From positions 18,472 through 82,471 of IMG/VR virus record IMGVR_UViG_3300023179_000069: a stretch of 64,000 nucleotides of DNA; one strand, written 5' to 3'. The translations under genes were made by a program, and so were the position numbers. The notes under the pieces were generated by a model. That model was not told the origin of the DNA and did no database searches. It saw only the letters and a program-made list of their open reading frames with translations. The stretch's first letter is position 1. Every line of letters starts with the position of its first letter. The DNA comes from a virus. Below are positions 19,758 to 30,174 of this stretch, in pieces.

Positions 19758-20309
19758 ATGCAGACTTTTATCGTTAGTGCTGATTTTAATGAAACAGCAT
19801 CATCATTAGATAATCGTCGCCTTTAGCTTAACAAACAATTGCTTGAGGGTCGTCAGATTCTTAAAATTCTAGCTACAGGTCAACAATCTGGCGGTTGGGT
19901 AAATCACCCTGCTACTCGTATGTGGCATGGTTATGAGCGCATGTTCTATAACTATCTTACTGCCATTAAAGATGAATGTGTTTATCGTGGCATCTCCGTT
20001 GATGCCAATTGGCAGGCTATTGAAGAATTAATGCATATAGGCTCGTATAACTTTGGTCCAAACCTAATTGAGCCTTGGTGGTACGCAGATCAAGAAATGC
20101 TATTGCGTATTATTCAAACACATCGGGCTAATCTATACAAGAAAGACCCTGAATATTATTATGAATATGCTATTAATGCTAAGATGTATGATCAAATGCG
20201 TGACAAATTAGTATGTTGTCCAAAATGTAATTATTGTTGGGCTAGTCATATTGCAAAACAACGACAGGAGAAATCAGATGATGAATTTAGAATTAGACCA
20301 CTTCCTTAA
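19758..20309 (+). pseudogene. Pyrimidine-dimer DNA glycosylase (DenV-like) interrupted by in-frame TAG
   Basis: MQTF..LDNRRL*LNKQ..NHPATRMW..HRANL..KDP; TAG at 19824-26. Confidence 0.75.
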
Positions 20310-20601
20310 AGAAGTTCCCACCGGATGGCATGATTTAGTTAAAGATACACATAAAAAAATTATTGCTATTGATCCAGAGTATAGAATTAGACAAATTAAA
20401 GAAAAGTTTGGTAATCTAAGATATTATTATGAACCTTCACGCTTACATATGACTGTAGATATTGATAAAATTATTAGAACTGCAGAGATTGTTTCTTCAG
20501 TAATTTGTCAAGACTGCGGAATAGTGGGAGCAAGTCTTGTATTTAAAAATGGCTGGTATGCTACGCTATGCGACACACACTTTGAAGAATGGAGTAAGTA
20601 A
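20278..20601 (+). CDS. Hypothetical phage protein (QIKEKFG family)
   Basis: GW..QIKEKFGNLRYY..CQDCG..LCDTH. Confidence 0.7.
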   Translation: MMNLELDHFLKEVPTGWHDLVKDTHKKIIAIDPEYRIRQIKEKFGNLRYYYEPSRLHMTVDIDKIIRTAEIVSSVICQDCGIVGASLVFKNGWYATLCDTHFEEWSK

Positions 20602-21074
20602 TGAAGAAGTTTATTGCAAGTATTTTTATTGTTGGCGGAATTGCATTAACTTCCCCGGCATTTGCAGATGAAACCCCATCTCCAACCGCCTGCGCGATTG
20701 ATAGCGATGGGCATTCAACCTGCGATGATATTGTTGTAGATGTTACTAATGTACCAGTTGACGAAACATTAATTCCTATTGATGCACCATTATGCACAGA
20801 AGACATGTCAGCATGTCAGCGCGGAGAAGTTATGTATGATAAAAATATTTCTCAAACTGTCATTCATTCTGAAGATACTCATCAGCATGAAACTTGGTGG
20901 GACATCTTTACAGACCCACGACACATTGCAGCAGAACTAGGCTGGACTATTATTCAGGATGTCTTGATTCTTGGATTGCTTTATGGATTTGTATTTAAAA
21001 AGTGCATTCTTCCAAAGCTAACCAAGCGTATTCACGAAGATATTGATAAGGAGCATGGAATTGAACATGAGTGA
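20601..21074 (+). CDS. Secreted/membrane protein
   Basis: Signal peptide (AFA), acidic Cys segment, C-terminal TM helix. Confidence 0.6.
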   Translation: MKKFIASIFIVGGIALTSPAFADETPSPTACAIDSDGHSTCDDIVVDVTNVPVDETLIPIDAPLCTEDMSACQRGEVMYDKNISQTVIHSEDTHQHETWWDIFTDPRHIAAELGWTIIQDVLILGLLYGFVFKKCILPKLTKRIHEDIDKEHGIEHE

Positions 21075-21447
21075 AGGTATTCTTGAGAATACAGATATTG
21101 TTCTTGTTTGTCATAGTCCAGAAAAATGCATTGGTGAATATTGTACAATGCACAATAGAAGCAATCATTCCATGCGTTCATTTCCACAACATTGGCGTGG
21201 AGATAGAGGAATCATGGAAAGAACTTGTCCTCATGGAGTAGGGCATCCAGATCCTGATGATCCCAAAACAACAAATTGGGCGGAGTGTGTTCATGGTTGC
21301 GATGGTTGTTGTAAAGGCGCATATGACAATATTGAAATTGTGAAGAAGTCCTTCATTGATGAGGACTGGAAACTTGGGAAATGGGATAGAGTTCCTTCAA
21401 TAGTTTGGGACTACATGGAAAGATTGAATGGTAAGAAAGAAAAATAA
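21067..21447 (+). CDS. Cys/His-rich hypothetical protein
   Basis: MERTCPHGVGHPDPD..HGCDGCC. Confidence 0.65.
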   Translation: MSEGILENTDIVLVCHSPEKCIGEYCTMHNRSNHSMRSFPQHWRGDRGIMERTCPHGVGHPDPDDPKTTNWAECVHGCDGCCKGAYDNIEIVKKSFIDEDWKLGKWDRVPSIVWDYMERLNGKKEK

Positions 21448-21448
21448 A

Positions 21449-21760
21449 ATGAAGCGAAAACATTCTTATAAACAACTTTATCGCATGGTCTATGGCGGTG
21501 AGCATGAAGGCGATAAAGGATTGTTACGCGAATACAACTTTATGCTAGAAGTGTTGAGTGGTTGGCGCTCTCATGCTGATTTTCTTGCAGAGTTGATGAA
21601 ACAAGACCGCGCCGCTATTCAGCGTATTCGTGACTTGCACAAGCCAGTCCACAAAGGCGGCTGGATGGAAGCTGAAGGAGGGGATTTCTATTGTTTCTCA
21701 TGCGTAGATGTGTTGTACCCCTGTTCGACCCGCAAAGCATTGAACAGTGAGCAGGGGTGA
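21449..21760 (+). CDS. Hypothetical protein with LHKP-CxxC-YPC domain
   Basis: C-terminal domain duplicated at 58658. Confidence 0.65.
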   Translation: MKRKHSYKQLYRMVYGGEHEGDKGLLREYNFMLEVLSGWRSHADFLAELMKQDRAAIQRIRDLHKPVHKGGWMEAEGGDFYCFSCVDVLYPCSTRKALNSEQG

Positions 21761-21911
21761 AAATTTATGCTCATAAATGTACAGGCTCACCATCAGAAAT
21801 TGGTCTTGCGTTACAATGGTGGAAAGAGGAAGACGAAAAAAATATTTCATTGCGGCTAGGAATTAGCTCTATTGTATTTCGTGTAGGTATTTATTTAGGA
21901 GATAGTAAAAA

Positions 21912-24900
21912 ATGACAGACTTAGTACATTTGCATGTCCATTCACATTATAGTCTCATGGATGGACTATGTTCACCCCACGAGTTAATGCAGGCTGCAAA
22001 AAATCTAGGTCATACTGCTCTTGCCATTACAGATCATGGAACATTGTCAAGTCACCGCGATATGCAAAAGGCAGGGCGGGAATTAGGGGTGAAACCAATC
22101 CTTGGCTTGGAAGCATATATCTCAGAAACAGATAGATTCGACAAGCGTGATATTAAGAATCGTGACGATAATACTCAGGTATACAATCACATCATTCTGC
22201 TTGCTAAGAATCAGACAGGTCTTAGAAACTTGCAAACAATGTCTGAGATTGCTTGGACTGAAGGTTTCTATCGAAAGCCTAGAATTGATATGGAATTGCT
22301 TACCGAATATGGTGAGGGTATTATTGTATTGTCCGGCTGCTTAAATGGTCTTATTTCAAAAGCTATTGAGCGTGGAGACATGGCAAAGGCTGAGAGCATT
22401 GCCAAGTGGTTCAAAGATAGATTTGGTGATGATTTTTACATTGAGGTACAACCACACAATCCCATTGAAATTAATAAGCCTTTGCTAGATATCGCGGATA
22501 AATTAAATATCAAGCCTGTAACCACTTCTGACTGCCATTTTGCCACCTCTAGCCAGAGGGCGCTGGAAGAAGTGTTGCTTATTCTATCTACCAAGCCCAA
22601 TATCAATCGTGAATTCAATTATGAAAATACCAAAAAGATGAGTATGTTTGAGCGGTTGAATTCTATCTATCCAGATAGACCAATCAGTTTTCAGGATATT
22701 GATGTGTATCTGCAGAATCGTTCAGAAGCTCAGGAATGGTATAATAATTCAGGAATTAGTAGAACGGACATTTACGACAATACTCTTGAGATTGCTGACA
22801 AAATTGAAGAATATGAGTATTATGAAAACCTTTCACTCCTTCCAGTTCCTAAGAAAAGTGCAATTATCCAGCTTGAAGAGATGTGCAATGCAAAGCTTTC
22901 TGAAATGGGATTGTCTAGTAAAATCTACAACACAAGATTGATGGAAGAACTAGAAGTTATCCGTAATAAAGATTTTGCATCATACTTCCTAATTGTTGCC
23001 GACATGGTTAATTGGGCAAAAGAAAATGACATTTTGGTGGGACCGGGAAGAGGTTCGGCTGCTGGTTCACTAGTCTGCTATTTGTTAGGAATTACTAATG
23101 TTGATCCGATTGAATACGATTTGCTGTTCTTCCGATTTATTAATCCAGATCGGAATGATTTTCCAGATATTGACACAGACTTTATGGACCGTAGGCGTAG
23201 TGAAGTAAAAGAATATCTACGCAAAAAATTTAAAAATGTAGCATCTATTTCTACATTCCAATACTTTAAAGATAAAGGGGTGATTAGAGATGTTGCTAGA
23301 GTTTTTTCAGTCCCACTGGCAGAAGTTGACAAATCACTTAAAAACATTGAGACTTTTGAGGATTTTGAAAATAGCCCCAATACGCTGGAATTCAGGCAAA
23401 AGTATCCCGAAGTACTTGAGTTTGCCTCTCAGTTACGCGGAAGAATTCGTGGTGTTGGCATGCATGCTGCTGGTGTGGTTGTGTCTAAAGAGCCTATTAG
23501 TAATATCGCGCCAATTGAAACTAGAAATGATACAAATGATAGCGTTTCTGGTCGCGTTCCTGTTGTTGCTTACGATATGGATAATTGTGCAGAATTAGGT
23601 CTTATTAAACTCGACGCCTTGGGTTTAAAAACATTATCAGTTATTTATGATGCTTTAAAATCAATTGAAAAAAGAAGTGGAAAATCAATTGATTTAAATA
23701 AAATTAAATTTAACGATAAGGTAATTTTTGAAGATTTAAGTCAAGGATTTACCAAGGGTGTATTTCAAGCTGAAGCAACTCCATATACTAATTTGTTAAT
23801 TAAAATGGGTGTGGATAACTTTGAAGATTTAGTTGCATCTAATGCTCTTGTTCGTCCCGGTGCCATGAATACTGTTGGTAAATCATATGTTGATAGAAAG
23901 CATGGCAAGGAAGATATTACCTTTGTGCATGAAATTATGAAGCCGTTTACATCTAGAACTTATGGTGTCATCATTTATCAAGAGCAAGTTATGCAGGCAT
24001 GCGTACACTTGGGCGGTATGTCATGGTCTGAGGCCGACAAGGTTCGTAAAATTATTGGTAAGAAAAAAGATGCAAAAGAATTTGATGTATTTAGAGATAA
24101 GTTCATTGAAGGCGCTTCCCAACATATTACAAAAAAACAAGCAGAAACACTTTGGCATGATTTTGAAGCGCATGCTGGATATTCTTTTAATCGTAGTCAT
24201 GCTGTTGCTTATTCCATGTTGTCATATTATTGTGCTTGGATTAAACATTATTATCCAATTGATTTTGTATTTGCATTGCTTAAGAATGAAAATGATAAAG
24301 ATACAAGAACAGAATATTTATTGGAAGCCAAGCGTTTAGGAATTAAAGTACTTTTGCCACATGTTAATGAATCCGATTTGGATTTTACTGTTAAAGGTGA
24401 TTCAATTAGATTTGGTTTAAATAATATTAAATATATTTCAGATAATATTGCAAGCAAATTAATATCTCAAGGTCCATATAAAAATTATTCACATTTAATT
24501 GAAGTATCAAAAACAAAAGGAAGTGGTATTAATTCTAGAGCAATTCAAGCTTTAAATGCAATCGGTGCTGCTGCTTTTGATGACAATCCTAGAACGGGTA
24601 ATGAATCTGAAAATTTGTATGAATATCTTAATGTTCCTAAATTTGATACTCGCGGCATCACTCCATATTTAAGAGCACAAATAAATCCCATTAGTGACTT
24701 CTTGGAAACAGGATGTTTTATTATTATGGCTATGGTTAAATCAATTAAAAAAGGAAAAGGCTGGTCAAGAGTAGAACTTGTGGATGACACGGGAACGATT
24801 GGTATTTTTCATGATGAAAACACTAAAATAGAATCAAACAATATGTATATGTTTCTGGTGGGAGACAATAGAATTCATCATTATGTTACAATTAATGATG

Positions 24901-25184
24901 TTATTGATAAAAAAGATGATGTTTTTATTAACTGGATTTATGGCATGGGAGATAAAGATAAGCCATATAATGAAAAGTTTGTATTAGACTTTACCAATTA
25001 TAAAACAAAGCAGGGAAAAATGATGGCACATGTCATATTGTCTAATGCAGACAAAGAACTTGAAAGAGTCATTGTATTTCCTAAAACATACACTTTGGCA
25101 CTAGGCAAAATGAAGCCGGGAACTTGGTGTAAACCCACAATAAGCAAATTAGATGATGGTACAGTATTTATTAAGGAGGTATAA
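21912..25184 (+). CDS. dnaE: DNA polymerase III alpha subunit
   Basis: PHP HLHVHS..TDHG; GPGRGSAAGS; PDIDTDF; FNRSH. Confidence 0.97.
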   Translation: MTDLVHLHVHSHYSLMDGLCSPHELMQAAKNLGHTALAITDHGTLSSHRDMQKAGRELGVKPILGLEAYISETDRFDKRDIKNRDDNTQVYNHIILLAKNQTGLRNLQTMSEIAWTEGFYRKPRIDMELLTEYGEGIIVLSGCLNGLISKAIERGDMAKAESIAKWFKDRFGDDFYIEVQPHNPIEINKPLLDIADKLNIKPVTTSDCHFATSSQRALEEVLLILSTKPNINREFNYENTKKMSMFERLNSIYPDRPISFQDIDVYLQNRSEAQEWYNNSGISRTDIYDNTLEIADKIEEYEYYENLSLLPVPKKSAIIQLEEMCNAKLSEMGLSSKIYNTRLMEELEVIRNKDFASYFLIVADMVNWAKENDILVGPGRGSAAGSLVCYLLGITNVDPIEYDLLFFRFINPDRNDFPDIDTDFMDRRRSEVKEYLRKKFKNVASISTFQYFKDKGVIRDVARVFSVPLAEVDKSLKNIETFEDFENSPNTLEFRQKYPEVLEFASQLRGRIRGVGMHAAGVVVSKEPISNIAPIETRNDTNDSVSGRVPVVAYDMDNCAELGLIKLDALGLKTLSVIYDALKSIEKRSGKSIDLNKIKFNDKVIFEDLSQGFTKGVFQAEATPYTNLLIKMGVDNFEDLVASNALVRPGAMNTVGKSYVDRKHGKEDITFVHEIMKPFTSRTYGVIIYQEQVMQACVHLGGMSWSEADKVRKIIGKKKDAKEFDVFRDKFIEGASQHITKKQAETLWHDFEAHAGYSFNRSHAVAYSMLSYYCAWIKHYYPIDFVFALLKNENDKDTRTEYLLEAKRLGIKVLLPHVNESDLDFTVKGDSIRFGLNNIKYISDNIASKLISQGPYKNYSHLIEVSKTKGSGINSRAIQALNAIGAAAFDDNPRTGNESENLYEYLNVPKFDTRGITPYLRAQINPISDFLETGCFIIMAMVKSIKKGKGWSRVELVDDTGTIGIFHDENTKIESNNMYMFLVGDNRIHHYVTINDVIDKKDDVFINWIYGMGDKDKPYNEKFVLDFTNYKTKQGKMMAHVILSNADKELERVIVFPKTYTLALGKMKPGTWCKPTISKLDDGTVFIKEV

Positions 25185-25405
25185 TGTCATCACAAGATCA
25201 AGGAATTGATTTAACAATTGAGCAGATTCTTGCTGCAATTCTTAGTACAACAGGAAGAATTGTTGTAACAAAGGAAACATTTTTAAAAGACTACACTAAT
25301 GCAAATATTAGATTTGAAGAATTAGATGGTGATTCCGTTGCCATTGAACTAACAAAATTGGAGGTAGCAGATGATTCTGGAACGACTAGCGAAGTTGATG
25401 CATGA
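25184..25405 (+). CDS. Hypothetical protein
   Basis: RBS AAGGAGG. Confidence 0.65.
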   Translation: MSSQDQGIDLTIEQILAAILSTTGRIVVTKETFLKDYTNANIRFEELDGDSVAIELTKLEVADDSGTTSEVDA

Positions 25406-25691
25406 TACTGCTAAAGAAAAAGGTTTTTGGGATGGCGAATATAATTATGATAAAATCGGAAATAAGCTTGCACTTGTACATTCAGAGGTTACAGAAGTAT
25501 TAGAAGCAATCAGAAAAGATAAAGGACAAATAGCAATCGTAGAAGAAATGTCTGATGTAATCATAAGAATATTAGATATTTATCAGGCAATGTATGAACA
25601 TGGAGATATTACAATTTCTATTGAAAAAGTATTAAAAGAAAAAATGGAAACTAACAGAAAAAGAGAAAAACTTCACGGAAATAAATTTTAA
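25371..25691 (+). CDS. MazG-like NTP pyrophosphohydrolase
   Basis: HSEVTEVLE..EEMSDVIIRILD. Confidence 0.85.
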   Translation: MILERLAKLMHDTAKEKGFWDGEYNYDKIGNKLALVHSEVTEVLEAIRKDKGQIAIVEEMSDVIIRILDIYQAMYEHGDITISIEKVLKEKMETNRKREKLHGNKF

Positions 25692-25699
25692 GGATAATT

Positions 25700-26698
25700 A
25701 TGATTGCAGAAGAAATTTTAGCAAAGCTGGACCCGAAAACTAGACAAAGAGTTCAGCTTGCAACACAAGTAGAAATAGAAAAACAAAAAACTCCAAGTAT
25801 TGGTCTTAACATTGCACTCAAGGGCGGTTTAGGCTTTGGTCGTCAGATTCTTATCTGGGGTAATAAATCAGCAGGTAAATCATCATTTTGCCTACAAATG
25901 ATTGCTGAAGCTCAAAAAAATGGTAAGACTTGTGCATGGATTGATGCAGAAGCATCATATTCTGCAGAATGGGCAGAAAAACTTGGAGTAGATTCTTCTA
26001 CACTTATTTATTCATCTGCTAAAACAATTAATGATATGGTTGATGTTGCAGTTCAGTTAATGGAAGCAGAAGTTGATGTCATTGTTGTTGATTCTATTTC
26101 AGCATTGCTTCCTGCCATTTACTTTGAGAAAGATGGCGAGGAATTAAAGAATCTACAAGACACCAAACAAATTGGTGCAGAGGCAAAGGATATGACACAT
26201 GCAGTCAAAATGCTCAACTATGCAAACAAAAAAACATTACTTGTTCTCATCTCACAACAACGAAATCAATTTGGCAGCATGCATGCTTCCCACATCCCCA
26301 CTGGAGGAATGGCGGTCAAATTCTTTTCATCCACTGTCATTAAACTCTGGTCGTCTGAGGCTGAGGCTAATGCTATTAAAAATGGCGTTCAAGTGGGTGA
26401 CAAGATTATCGAACAAAAGGTTGGCAGACCTGTCAATTGGATTATTGATTACAACAAACTTGGACCCCCAAATCTCTCTGGGCAATATGATTTCTATTAC
26501 CAAGGCTCCCAGATTGGTGTTGACCAAACAGGAGAAGTCCTAGATGTTGCAGAAATGATGGGTATAATACAAAGAGGTGGCTCTTGGTATACAATAGAAG
26601 AAGAGCGTTTTCAGGGTAGAGTGAAAGCTATTGAATATCTTAGAGAAAATCCTAAAATTGTAAATATTTTAAAGGAGAAAATTTATGGGAAAATATAG
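25700..26698 (+). CDS. recA: RecA-like recombinase
   Basis: GNKSAGKS, WIDAE, VVDS, PTGG. Confidence 0.93.
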   Translation: MIAEEILAKLDPKTRQRVQLATQVEIEKQKTPSIGLNIALKGGLGFGRQILIWGNKSAGKSSFCLQMIAEAQKNGKTCAWIDAEASYSAEWAEKLGVDSSTLIYSSAKTINDMVDVAVQLMEAEVDVIVVDSISALLPAIYFEKDGEELKNLQDTKQIGAEAKDMTHAVKMLNYANKKTLLVLISQQRNQFGSMHASHIPTGGMAVKFFSSTVIKLWSSEAEANAIKNGVQVGDKIIEQKVGRPVNWIIDYNKLGPPNLSGQYDFYYQGSQIGVDQTGEVLDVAEMMGIIQRGGSWYTIEEERFQGRVKAIEYLRENPKIVNILKEKIYGKI

Positions 26699-26873
26699 TA
26701 ATTTTATTAATCCCAAAATTTCTAATAATAATAAATTTGAATTAATTGTAGGAAATTATGGATGTCAAACCTGTCCAAAAGAAACAGAAGAAGCGTGGTT
26801 TGATGAAAAACATAATTTAATTTTTTGGATATGTTCAGAGGGGCATAGATCGGAGATAAGAGTAGGTGTCTGA
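26685..26873 (+). CDS. Small zinc-binding protein
   Basis: CQTC..CSEGH. Confidence 0.55.
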   Translation: MGKYSNFINPKISNNNKFELIVGNYGCQTCPKETEEAWFDEKHNLIFWICSEGHRSEIRVGV

Positions 26874-27171
26874 AAGAGGTGAAGCTAAAAGAGATGGGGC
26901 CAAACTACAAAAAAATAGTGGGCGTGGTAAGTACCAAAAGGGTGATGCCCAATGGAATAATTTCGTGGTTGATTACAAAGAATATGAAAAATCAATTTCA
27001 ATCACCCCCGACATTTGGAGCAAAATTTGTACGGATACTTTTAAAGTTGATAGGAATAAATTTCCGGCGCTTAAGCTAATATTAGGAAGTAAAAGTAAAA
27101 CAAGATTAGCTGTTATTGAATGGTCATTATTTGAAGAATTAGTAGAATGTTGGGAGAAAAATAATGAATAG
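26866..27171 (+). CDS. PD-(D/E)xK nuclease, Holliday-junction-resolvase-like
   Basis: NSG..KGD..DYK. Confidence 0.7.
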   Translation: MSERGEAKRDGAKLQKNSGRGKYQKGDAQWNNFVVDYKEYEKSISITPDIWSKICTDTFKVDRNKFPALKLILGSKSKTRLAVIEWSLFEELVECWEKNNE

Positions 27172-27331
27172 TTTTGACGAGTGGTATCAATATGGAATTG
27201 ATAAAGGATGGATTACTCCCGGCTTTTGTTATACCCATGATGGTGATCCTTACATGAATGATGAAGAGGCAAAAGAATGGGAAGATGGCGGAGATCCATG
27301 TGTTCCCGTAGTTAAGGTTTTAGCAGTATGA
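27164..27331 (+). CDS. 55-aa hypothetical protein, not in ORF track
   Basis: MNSFDEW..CYTHDG..GGDPC; RBS GGAG; ATGA overlap. Confidence 0.65.
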   Translation: MNSFDEWYQYGIDKGWITPGFCYTHDGDPYMNDEEAKEWEDGGDPCVPVVKVLAV

Positions 27332-27651
27332 ATGAAACACCATTAGAAGTTGTAAGTAAAATAACTGAATTCAATGATATGTCTGAATTTATGCAAGACA
27401 AAGATTTAGACAAAGCATTGGAATTTGTGATAAAATTAATACTAAAGCCTGATGTTCCTGCTGCAAAAGCCCCAGAACTTATTGTTCAATTACAGGCTTT
27501 AAGTGCTAAATTTGCAATGCTTGCAAGACACTATACAACTCTTGAAAAAGGTGGGGATGCGGCAAAGAAAAAGAATATCTATTACACGGCAAATGATGCC
27601 GTAGATAAGCTAGTAGATGCTCTCAAATATTCAGCAAAGTTTGGTGTTTAA
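27328..27651 (+). CDS. Helical hypothetical protein
   Basis: 107 aa within recombination operon. Confidence 0.65.
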   Translation: MNETPLEVVSKITEFNDMSEFMQDKDLDKALEFVIKLILKPDVPAAKAPELIVQLQALSAKFAMLARHYTTLEKGGDAAKKKNIYYTANDAVDKLVDALKYSAKFGV

Positions 27652-28430
27652 TGGGAAGAAAAATTGTAGGCAATCTTAAATTTAAGAAAGCAGACGCAGA
27701 AGGATTTAATGCAAATGAATTTGCATCTTTACTTGAAAAAGTATATGAAGGTGATGGAAATCAAAATGGATTTAAACAAAAAACAACATTTAGCCCTAGC
27801 ACTATTGGTTATGGACATGGCAGCTGCGGAAGATATTGGTTTATCGCCTTTGAAGGAGCGGAATTTGAAGAGAAATTTGATGCAATGGCTAGAGCCAACA
27901 TGGATAATGGCAAGGCTGCACATGATAGAATTCAATCTAAAATGCAACTTACAGGAAAAGTTAAATTCCTTGAAAAAGAAGTAAAAAGTGAAGATCCTCC
28001 AATTCGTGGATTCATTGACCTTGGTTTAGACTGGAATGGCGAAGAAGTTATTGGAGAAATTAAAACTACAAAAGAAGAAGTTTATGCACATAAACAATCA
28101 AGCATGAAACCATCTCCAAACCATTTATTACAAATTCTTACTTATATGAAATTGCGTGGAGCAAAACAAGGATTTATGTTTTATGAAAATAAAAACGATC
28201 AAAGTTTTCTTATTATTCCAGTAAATATGACTGAATCAAATGAATCATTAATTAATTATGTATTTGATTGGATGAGAGAAGTAAGAAAGAATTGGGAAAA
28301 TAAAACATTGCCAACAAGACCATTTACAAAATCTGGCTCACCATGCACATATTGTCCAGTAAAGAAGGTATGTTGGAAAGAACTCGGCGAAGGAGAAGTT
28401 GATATAGAGGTTTTAAAGGTTCCAAAATGA
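27651..28430 (+). CDS. Cas4-like exonuclease
   Basis: SPS..C, GFID, EIKT, QxxxY, CxxCPx4C. Confidence 0.85.
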   Translation: MGRKIVGNLKFKKADAEGFNANEFASLLEKVYEGDGNQNGFKQKTTFSPSTIGYGHGSCGRYWFIAFEGAEFEEKFDAMARANMDNGKAAHDRIQSKMQLTGKVKFLEKEVKSEDPPIRGFIDLGLDWNGEEVIGEIKTTKEEVYAHKQSSMKPSPNHLLQILTYMKLRGAKQGFMFYENKNDQSFLIIPVNMTESNESLINYVFDWMREVRKNWENKTLPTRPFTKSGSPCTYCPVKKVCWKELGEGEVDIEVLKVPK

Positions 28431-28714
28431 TTTGTGCCTATGAAGAATGTAAAAAAGAGTTTGAGCCTAAAACTCATAATCAAAAATATTGTTGCGATGA
28501 ATGTTGCAGAACTGCCACAAATTTAAAAATTAAAGAAAAATATTATAATAATAAAGACAGATTAAAGGGTAAAATTAGATATTGCAAAACTAAATCTTGT
28601 GGTACAAAACTTAGCAGATACAATGAATCTGATGTTTGCACAGTTTGTGAAGCTAAAAAAATAGCAAAAGAAAGACAACAGTTGCTGGATGTGTTAAAAA
28701 ATGTCGTTGGCTAA
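28427..28714 (+). CDS. Zinc-finger protein
   Basis: Four Cys pairs. Confidence 0.65.
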   Translation: MICAYEECKKEFEPKTHNQKYCCDECCRTATNLKIKEKYYNNKDRLKGKIRYCKTKSCGTKLSRYNESDVCTVCEAKKIAKERQQLLDVLKNVVG

Positions 28715-29276
28715 ATTAAAAAAAAAATATTCTGGCAGAGTAATTGGAGTTGATGCAAGTACAAATAGCTTTGCTTTTTGCGTTATAGATCAAGACAAAA
28801 TAATTAAATATGGAGAAATATTTTTTGAAGGCTCTGATATTTATGAAAGAATATTGGATGCAAAAAATAAAATGGGGGCGCTCAAAAAAGAAAAATTCTT
28901 TGATGATATTGATTTTATGGCAATAGAAGCAGCAGTATCAGTAAAGAGTGTGCATACAGGAATTAAAATGGCTTATGTATTCGGAGCAATTATGGGCGAA
29001 ATCCTATCAAAAAATATTAAGGTTGTAGAAATACACCCGCTAACTTGGCAGTCTTTTATTGGAAACAATAATTTTACCAAAGAGCAAAAGCAGGAAGTCA
29101 AAAAACAATTTCCGGGCAAAAGTGAAAATTGGTACAAAGCAAAAATAAGAGAAATACGAAAGGGAAAAACTAATGAGTTCGCAAGAAGTAAAGGTGTACG
29201 CACTAGCTCTGATAATGTTTCTGATGCTCTGGGCATTGGATGGTATTTTTCACACTCGTTAATGGAGAACAAATGA
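28701..29276 (+). CDS. RuvC-like resolvase
   Basis: IGVDAS, AIE, DNVSDALGIG. Confidence 0.85.
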   Translation: MSLAKLKKKYSGRVIGVDASTNSFAFCVIDQDKIIKYGEIFFEGSDIYERILDAKNKMGALKKEKFFDDIDFMAIEAAVSVKSVHTGIKMAYVFGAIMGEILSKNIKVVEIHPLTWQSFIGNNNFTKEQKQEVKKQFPGKSENWYKAKIREIRKGKTNEFARSKGVRTSSDNVSDALGIGWYFSHSLMENK

Positions 29277-29419
29277 AAGTTTACGAATCTAAATCTTGGC
29301 TATATCAAAGATATATAGTAGAAAGAAAAAATATTATTGAAATAGCAAAAGAAGCTGGTTGCAGCCATATGACAATTCAGCGATATTTAGAAAAGTTTGG
29401 AATGATTAAAAAAAGATGA
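29273..29419 (+). CDS. 48-aa HTH protein, not in ORF track
   Basis: EIAKEAGCSHMTIQRYLEKFG; ATGA overlaps. Confidence 0.7.
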   Translation: MKVYESKSWLYQRYIVERKNIIEIAKEAGCSHMTIQRYLEKFGMIKKR

Positions 29420-30174
29420 CAAAATATTATTCAATAAATGATGCAGTAAAAAGTTTTAATGATTCAGATATTCCTATTTTTATTCCTGTATTTGAACAGG
29501 TTTCTTATGCTAAGCATATGGTAGATCAACTTACTAGTTTAGGAATTTCAAATTTTATTTTATGCGATAACAATTCCACCTATGGTCCCATGATTGATTA
29601 TTTGCATAAAATTTCTCAAGAACATAAAGTTCTATATTTAAATTTTAATTTTGGACCAAGAATATATTCCGAAATAGCTGAAGTATATAATCAAATGCCA
29701 GATTGGTTTATTGTCACAGATCCAGATTTAATATTTAATAAAAATCTTCCGGCTAATTTTATTGATAATATGGTTGAAGCCGCTTCATATTATCAACTTC
29801 CCAAAATTGGCTTTGCTGTAGAAATTTTTGATGCAGAAGCATCAAGTAAATTTTTCAATAAAGATTTAGTGCATAGATGGGAATCAAGATACTGGGAGAC
29901 CCCAATGGGAACAATGCAAGATGGCAGTCTAATTTATTCTGCAGCAATTGATACAACATTTGCTTTGCATAATACTTCAATGATTAGTGCAGATATTCCC
30001 AAAGTGCATGGAACTCCTATGTTAAGGGCTGGAAGAATTGCAGGAAATTATACTTGTGAGCATATGGGATGGTGGAAAGATCAACCATTAGAGTCAGAAG
30101 AGCTTGAATATTATAAAAAAGTGCAAACTTGGGGAAGCACAGAAAATGAAAAGAAAAGAATGGGTTATGCATAG
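29416..30174 (+). CDS. GT-A fold glycosyltransferase
   Basis: DNNST, TDPD, AIDTTFAL. Confidence 0.7.
   Translation: MTKYYSINDAVKSFNDSDIPIFIPVFEQVSYAKHMVDQLTSLGISNFILCDNNSTYGPMIDYLHKISQEHKVLYLNFNFGPRIYSEIAEVYNQMPDWFIVTDPDLIFNKNLPANFIDNMVEAASYYQLPKIGFAVEIFDAEASSKFFNKDLVHRWESRYWETPMGTMQDGSLIYSAAIDTTFALHNTSMISADIPKVHGTPMLRAGRIAGNYTCEHMGWWKDQPLESEELEYYKKVQTWGSTENEKKRMGYA

Noticed and set aside
19824-19826. Genome-wide TAG recoding
   Set aside because: Many intact genes end in TAG (12145, 19749, 36020, 38060) and long ORFs have no internal TAG.
27651-28430. Cas4-like gene as part of a CRISPR system
   Set aside because: No repeat-spacer array or other cas genes; solo Cas4-like nucleases are common in phage replication modules.
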